Shown here piece by piece: positions 57,944 to 64,000 of a DNA stretch of 64,000 bases. The notes below the pieces were generated by a model. The model was given only the letters and a program-made list of their open reading frames with translations, did no database searches and was not told where the DNA came from. Both the position numbers and the translations under genes were made by a program. This DNA comes from an uncultured Nannocystaceae bacterium. GTDB taxonomy: Bacteria; Myxococcota_A; Polyangia; Nannocystales; Nannocystaceae. Each line of letters starts with the position of its first letter. Within the stretch, counting starts at the first letter, position 1. The stretch spans positions 40,389-104,388 of the forward strand of contig CAYXVR010000013.1 in NCBI GenBank assembly GCA_964468635.1. Direction: 5' to 3'.

Positions 57944-58567
57944 ATGCCACGCTCGCTACCGATCTGCACCCTGCTCGTTCTCCTGGGATGCGCGAGTTCG
58001 GCCGTCGAGGGCGAGGCGGTCGCCGAGGACACGAGCACGGGTGCCGTCGACGTCGTCACGACGATGCCACCGGCGCCCGACGACGAGACATCGAGCTCCG
58101 GCACATCTCTCGAAGAGGTCGAGTCACTCGGGTCCTGCGCGGACGGCTACGAGAGCGAGTCCGACGGTGGGACGTCGGCGGGCGAGGTGCCACCCACCGA
58201 CGGGTGGTTCGCCGCGACGACGCGCGTGATCTTCTATGCGAACCACTACGGCGCGATCTCGGCGCACGGGCTCGCCATCACCGACCAGCTGAGCACGGCG
58301 CCCGGCCTCGTCGACTACAGCTTCGACTTCGACCTGCAGAGCGGCCGCGCGCAAAGCATCTCGCTGTGGGAGAGCGAGCTCGACTTCTGGATGTTCGTGA
58401 TGGGAGCCGCGCACGCGAAGGCGATGGTCGAGCTCAACGACCCCGTCGCCGGTCGCGACTTCTCCTACGCGACGTGGTGGGTCGAGAACGAGACGCTGCC
58501 CACGCGCATCGAGGCCGACGCGCACCTCGGCCCCGAGCCGATGCCGGGCCCGTTCCCGGTGGACTGA
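57944..58567 (+). CDS. Small hypothetical lipoprotein.
   Basis: The product starts MPRSLPICTLLVLLGCASS, a lipobox. An acidic linker is followed by a 130-aa globular domain. The ORF-track entry 57326..58567 is an upstream extension. Confidence 0.45.
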   Translation: MPRSLPICTLLVLLGCASSAVEGEAVAEDTSTGAVDVVTTMPPAPDDETSSSGTSLEEVESLGSCADGYESESDGGTSAGEVPPTDGWFAATTRVIFYANHYGAISAHGLAITDQLSTAPGLVDYSFDFDLQSGRAQSISLWESELDFWMFVMGAAHAKAMVELNDPVAGRDFSYATWWVENETLPTRIEADAHLGPEPMPGPFPVD

Positions 58568-58570
58568 CGC

Positions 58571-60067
58571 TCACGCGCGCGCGAGCTTCGGCTTGCGCTG
58601 CGCCCACGGCGTGGCGGCTTCGATCTGCGCGCCGAGCCGCAACAGCGTCGCTTCGTCGCCGTAGCGCGCCGTGAACATCACCCCGACCGGCAAACCGTCG
58701 CTCGAGGTGTGCAGCGGCAACGACAGCGCCGGCTGGCCGGTGAGGTTCGCGAGCTGCGTGTTCGGGTACGCGAGCAGCTGCGGATCCTTCGCCATCATCT
58801 CCACCGCGATGCCCATCGCGCGCTTGGTCGGCAGCGCGCGCGAGATCGCGGTGAGCACCCGCTCGAGCGGACGCATCGCGAACTCGCCGACTCGCGCGGG
58901 TGGGCGACCGAGCGTGGACGTGATCCACACGTCGTAGCGTTCGTGGAACTGCGCGACCGCGAGGCCGGCCCGTTGCACGACGAACTCGTGGCCCACGAAG
59001 TCGGCCCCGCTCACGCCATGGCGCCCGATCTCGCGGACGAGCCCGGTGAGCGGCTCGAGATCGTCGCTCGCCGCCGGTCGGCCGGCGGCCCGCTCTGCGC
59101 GCGCCACCTCGGCCGAGAGGTTCGCCGCGACGATGGCGATCCATGCGCGCGCGAGCGCGGCCCGCTCGAGCTCCGGCGTCGCTTCTTCGACCTCGTGCCC
59201 GAGCGCACGACACGTCTCGATCGCGCGCTCCACCGCGAGCACGCACTCGGGGTGGTTGTCGCGCCCGAAGATCGTGCCGGTGTCGAACGCGATGCGCAGC
59301 TTGCCCGGCGCGCGCTCGAGCTCCGCCGCGAACGTGCCGGGCACCGCGGGCGCGCAGTACGGCGCCCCCAGCTCGGCGCCGCTCTCGACGTCGAGCAACA
59401 GCGCCGTGTCGCGCATCGATCGCGCGAGCACGTGTTGCACGACGAGTCCCGACCAGCCCTCGAACACGAGCGGCCCGTTCGGCGTGCGCCCGCGCGTGGG
59501 CTTGAGCCCGACGAGCCCGCAACACGACGCGGGAATGCGGATCGATCCGCCGCCGTCGCCGGCGCCGGCGATCGGCACCATGCGCGCGGCGACGGCCGCT
59601 CCCGATCCGCCGCTCGATCCACCCGGCGTGTGCGCCGTGTTCCACGGGTTCCGCGTGGCTCCGTGCAGCGCGGGCTCGGTGACGCCGACGAGCCCGAGCT
59701 CGGGTGTGTTCGTCTTGCCGACGAGCACGAGCCCGGCCTTGCGCCACCGCTGCACGATCTCGCTGTCGTGGCTCGGCGTGTAGCGCTCGAGCAGACGAGA
59801 TCCCGACGTGGTCGGCACGCCCGCGACGTCCGCCATGAGGTCCTTGACGAGCATCGGCACGCCGGTGAGCGGCCCGGCCGGCAAGCCCTTCGTCACCGCG
59901 GCGTGGGCCGCGTCGAACATCGGGCGGATCACCGCGTTGAGGGGAGGATTGCGGCTCTCGATGCGCTCGATCGCCGCCTGCAACAGCTCGCGCGGCTCGA
60001 CATCGCCCTTGCGCACCAGCCCGGCCATCGCCGTGGCATCGAGGTCGTCGTACTCGGGCAAGCTCAC
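58571..60067 (-). CDS. Amidase (amidase-signature family).
   Basis: The product contains GGSSGGSGAAVAARMVPIAGAGDGGGSIRIPAS (the AS-family Gly/Ser-rich signature with catalytic Ser) and an upstream Lys (MLVKDL). Confidence 0.75.
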   Translation of the reverse strand: MSLPEYDDLDATAMAGLVRKGDVEPRELLQAAIERIESRNPPLNAVIRPMFDAAHAAVTKGLPAGPLTGVPMLVKDLMADVAGVPTTSGSRLLERYTPSHDSEIVQRWRKAGLVLVGKTNTPELGLVGVTEPALHGATRNPWNTAHTPGGSSGGSGAAVAARMVPIAGAGDGGGSIRIPASCCGLVGLKPTRGRTPNGPLVFEGWSGLVVQHVLARSMRDTALLLDVESGAELGAPYCAPAVPGTFAAELERAPGKLRIAFDTGTIFGRDNHPECVLAVERAIETCRALGHEVEEATPELERAALARAWIAIVAANLSAEVARAERAAGRPAASDDLEPLTGLVREIGRHGVSGADFVGHEFVVQRAGLAVAQFHERYDVWITSTLGRPPARVGEFAMRPLERVLTAISRALPTKRAMGIAVEMMAKDPQLLAYPNTQLANLTGQPALSLPLHTSSDGLPVGVMFTARYGDEATLLRLGAQIEAATPWAQRKPKLARA

Positions 60068-60162
60068 GCCGCATCCTTTATCACGGCAGGCCCCCCCAGG
60101 GCGCAGGACCCGCGCCGTACTCGCTTGCGCGGCCGCAGCCGTGACTGTATGAGTGCGCGCCG

Positions 60163-62019
<1,857 letters not shown>

Positions 62020-62022
62020 GCG

Positions 62023-62868
62023 CTACTGCGGAGTGACCGCCAGTACGTCCATCTGGATGAACTGGCCGTAGAACGGATCGGGGAACGGCGGGATGTCGGG
62101 GACCACGAAGGGGTCCGCCGAGCCGCTCGCACCGCCCGGGTTCGCGATCGCCTGGTCGTTCGGATCCGACATCGAGAGGATGACCGACGCACCGGCGGCG
62201 ATCGGGATCGTCACGGTGTAATCCATCACGAACGTGTAGTGCCCGACGCCCATCTCGTTGCGGTTCACCGTGTACACCTGGGCCGGATCGCCGACCTCGA
62301 TCGCGTAGATGTTGTAGTCGTTCGTGCCCGGCGTGCCGCCGATCTGGAAGTGGCTCTCCTGCACCTCGCCGCCCGAGAAGTCCTTGGGCTCGGTCAAGCC
62401 GCGGATCTGGATCGTCACGTCGTACACGACGCCCGGATCGCCGCCGAACGTCACGGCCGTCTCGCGTCGCAGCGTGTACGGCGTGCCCTCGATCGCACCG
62501 TCGAGCAGCGCCGGATCCCACGCGCACGTGTCGCGCAGCGACGGGTCCGCGCACGGCAGCTCCCACCGGTAACCGTTCATCTCGCCCGCGTAGTCGATCG
62601 GATCGCCACCACCGGTCGTCGTGCCGCCGCCCGACGAGCTCTCGTCGGCCACACCGCTCGAGGAGCCGTCCAGCGTGGGGTCGGTCGACGGATCCGTGCC
62701 CGACGAGGCCGGATCCGTCGAGGGATCCGTCATGGTGACCATCGTCGGATCGTTGCTGGTCGAGCCCGTGTCGCCGCCGTCGTCGTCGTCGTCGCCCATG
62801 TCGACGACGCACCCCAGCGCGAGCGCTGGCATCCACAGCAGGACCTTCCCGAGCCGTCCGTGCAATCG
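62023..62868 (-). CDS. Hypothetical lipoprotein.
   Basis: I take the internal start MRLHGRLGKVLLWMPALALGCVVDMGDDDDD (lipobox plus poly-Asp). A Ser/Thr/Asp linker follows, then a 200-aa globular domain. Confidence 0.45.
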   Translation of the reverse strand, partial: RLHGRLGKVLLWMPALALGCVVDMGDDDDDGGDTGSTSNDPTMVTMTDPSTDPASSGTDPSTDPTLDGSSSGVADESSSGGGTTTGGGDPIDYAGEMNGYRWELPCADPSLRDTCAWDPALLDGAIEGTPYTLRRETAVTFGGDPGVVYDVTIQIRGLTEPKDFSGGEVQESHFQIGGTPGTNDYNIYAIEVGDPAQVYTVNRNEMGVGHYTFVMDYTVTIPIAAGASVILSMSDPNDQAIANPGGASGSADPFVVPDIPPFPDPFYGQFIQMDVLAVTPQ

Positions 62869-62977
62869 CATGCCCCATCGTACCGGTCGCCCCATCCGAA
62901 CGGGGTCCGGCGCGCGTGCGATCAAAGGCGGGTGGCTTACCTCGCCGTCACCCTTCGCGGTATCGTCCGGCTCGCGC

Positions 62978-64000
62978 ATGTCGACGACGCGGCGAGGGTT
63001 CATCAAGGGGGGCGTCGGCGCCACGTTGGCGGCTCCGATCGCATGTCGCACGAGCCAACCGACGGAGGTCGTCGCCACGCCGACCGCCCCGGAGCTCGTG
63101 CCTGCCGAGCGCGTGAAGATCCGAACGCGCGTGAACGGGCGCGATCACGACCTCGAGGTCCATCCCGACGATGCGGCGCTCGCCGTCGTGCGCGATCGCA
63201 TCGGGCTCAAGGGCAGCAAGCACGGCTGTGGTCACGGGGCGTGCGGCGCCTGCACGATGCAGTTCGACGGCACGCCCGTCGCCACGTGCATCCTGCCCGC
63301 CACCGCGCTGCACGATCACAAGATCGTCACCGTCGAGGGCATCGCCGACGGCGACGTGTTGCATCCGGTGCAGCGCGCGTTCATGGCCGAGGATGCGCTG
63401 CAATGCGGCTACTGCACGCCGGGCTTCGTCGTCGAGGCGGCCGCGTTCGTCGATCGCATGCGCGCCGCAGGCAAGACCGAGCCCTCGCGCGACGAGGTCG
63501 CGGCCGCGCTCGCCGGGCACCTGTGCCGGTGCGGCGCCTATGAAGCGATCTACCGCGCCGTGCAGGCCGCGTGCGCCGGCAAGCACGACGCGGTCGGACC
63601 GAAGGACGCGCCCCGCGTCGACGCCCTCGCGAAGGTCACCGGTGCAGCGATCTACACGGTGGACGTCGACGTGCCGGGCATGTTGATCGCCAAGGCCCTG
63701 CACGCGCCGTGGGCCCACGCGAAGGTGCGCAAGATAGACTGGTCCAAGGCGCTCGCGCTGCCCGGCGTGCGGGGGGCGGTGCGACTGCTCGGCGAGCACG
63801 GCACCGTGCGCTACGCGGGCCAGGAGCTCGTCGCGATCGCGGCGGTGGACGAGCGCACGGCCGAGCGCGCGCTCGAGCTCGTCGAGATCGACGTCGAGGT
63901 CCGCGAGCCGCTCGTCGGCATCGACGCTGCGCTCGCTCCGCGTGCGCCCCTCGTCTATCCGAAGCGCGCCGACCGCAAAGAGTTGCCGAACGCGAGCGAA
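62978..64000 (+). CDS. Tat-exported molybdenum hydroxylase-family oxidoreductase (2Fe-2S ferredoxin-like domain fused to a molybdopterin-binding aldehyde-oxidase/xanthine-dehydrogenase domain). Partial: the 3' end lies beyond the window.
   Basis: The start is MSTTRRGFIKGGVGATLAAP, a twin-arginine signal. The two [2Fe-2S] motifs are CGHGACGAC and CGYCTPGF...CRCGAY. The downstream segment VDALAKVTGAAIYTVDVDVPGMLIAK is typical of the Mo-binding subunit N-terminus. Confidence 0.7.
   Translation, partial: MSTTRRGFIKGGVGATLAAPIACRTSQPTEVVATPTAPELVPAERVKIRTRVNGRDHDLEVHPDDAALAVVRDRIGLKGSKHGCGHGACGACTMQFDGTPVATCILPATALHDHKIVTVEGIADGDVLHPVQRAFMAEDALQCGYCTPGFVVEAAAFVDRMRAAGKTEPSRDEVAAALAGHLCRCGAYEAIYRAVQAACAGKHDAVGPKDAPRVDALAKVTGAAIYTVDVDVPGMLIAKALHAPWAHAKVRKIDWSKALALPGVRGAVRLLGEHGTVRYAGQELVAIAAVDERTAERALELVEIDVEVREPLVGIDAALAPRAPLVYPKRADRKELPNASE

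Overview
This is a high-G+C, gene-dense chromosomal segment, roughly 70% G+C by eye. It is almost certainly from a myxobacterium: there is a MYXO-CTERM sorting tail at 22,5xx, a 'Myxococcus cysteine-rich repeat' at about 38,8xx, and many lipobox signal peptides followed by poly-Asp linkers. Because of the G+C content the six-frame track is full of long Arg/Ala-rich antisense ORFs, and I treat those as artefacts. I support about 45 real genes.

Reading left to right, the genes are:
- A partial acidic lipoprotein, then an SGL/SMP-30-type beta-propeller lipoprotein. Facing it is a 'planctomycete cytochrome C' (PSCyt1) domain lipoprotein that shares a paralogous N-terminal domain.
- A long minus-strand run: a DUF1501 (Tat) protein overlapping a DUF1549/DUF1553-like lipoprotein by GTGA, an FG-GAP lipoprotein, and a 1,183-aa protein in which an ECF sigma factor is fused through a TM helix to CarboxypepD_reg-like repeats and a PDZ domain.
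- A block of secreted enzymes (lipase, GNAT) and a divergent B12-binding radical-SAM gene.
- An ArsR operon sharing a perfect TGCATATATGCA palindrome with a divergent lipoprotein gene.
- A MYXO-CTERM trypsin-like protease.
- An AhpD-like (CMD) gene interrupted by an in-frame TGA exactly at the second Cys of the CxxCxxxH motif. A stem-loop starts 17 nt downstream, so this is either a selenocysteine candidate or a pseudogene.
- An IS200/RAYT-like HUH transposase bounded by 17-bp direct repeats.
- A patatin / Cys-rich lipoprotein / second ECF-sigma-TM fusion / M1-type peptidase block.
- A tightly linked NfeD(YqiJ)-flotillin pair followed 18 nt later by a 1,791-aa coiled-coil AAA+ (AAA_5-like) giant protein. 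I consider this module the most interesting thing in the window.
- An island of about 1.6 kb, visibly lower in G+C, carrying a lipoprotein gene.
- A Ser/Thr kinase translationally coupled to a GH5 hydrolase.
- A LytS/LytTR two-component pair.
- A Rieske / cytochrome b-dihaem c fusion / multihaem c cluster with overlapping start and stop codons.
- MATE, an arginase-family enzyme, a degenerate second copy of the RAYT-like gene embedded in REP-like palindromes and 35-nt hairpin repeats, a CXXCH-tagged copper-monooxygenase-like lipoprotein, an amidase, typA, and a partial Tat-exported 2Fe-2S/molybdopterin oxidoreductase.

I found no rRNA, tRNA or CRISPR. Gene boundaries that I derived from internal start codons may be off by a few nucleotides.
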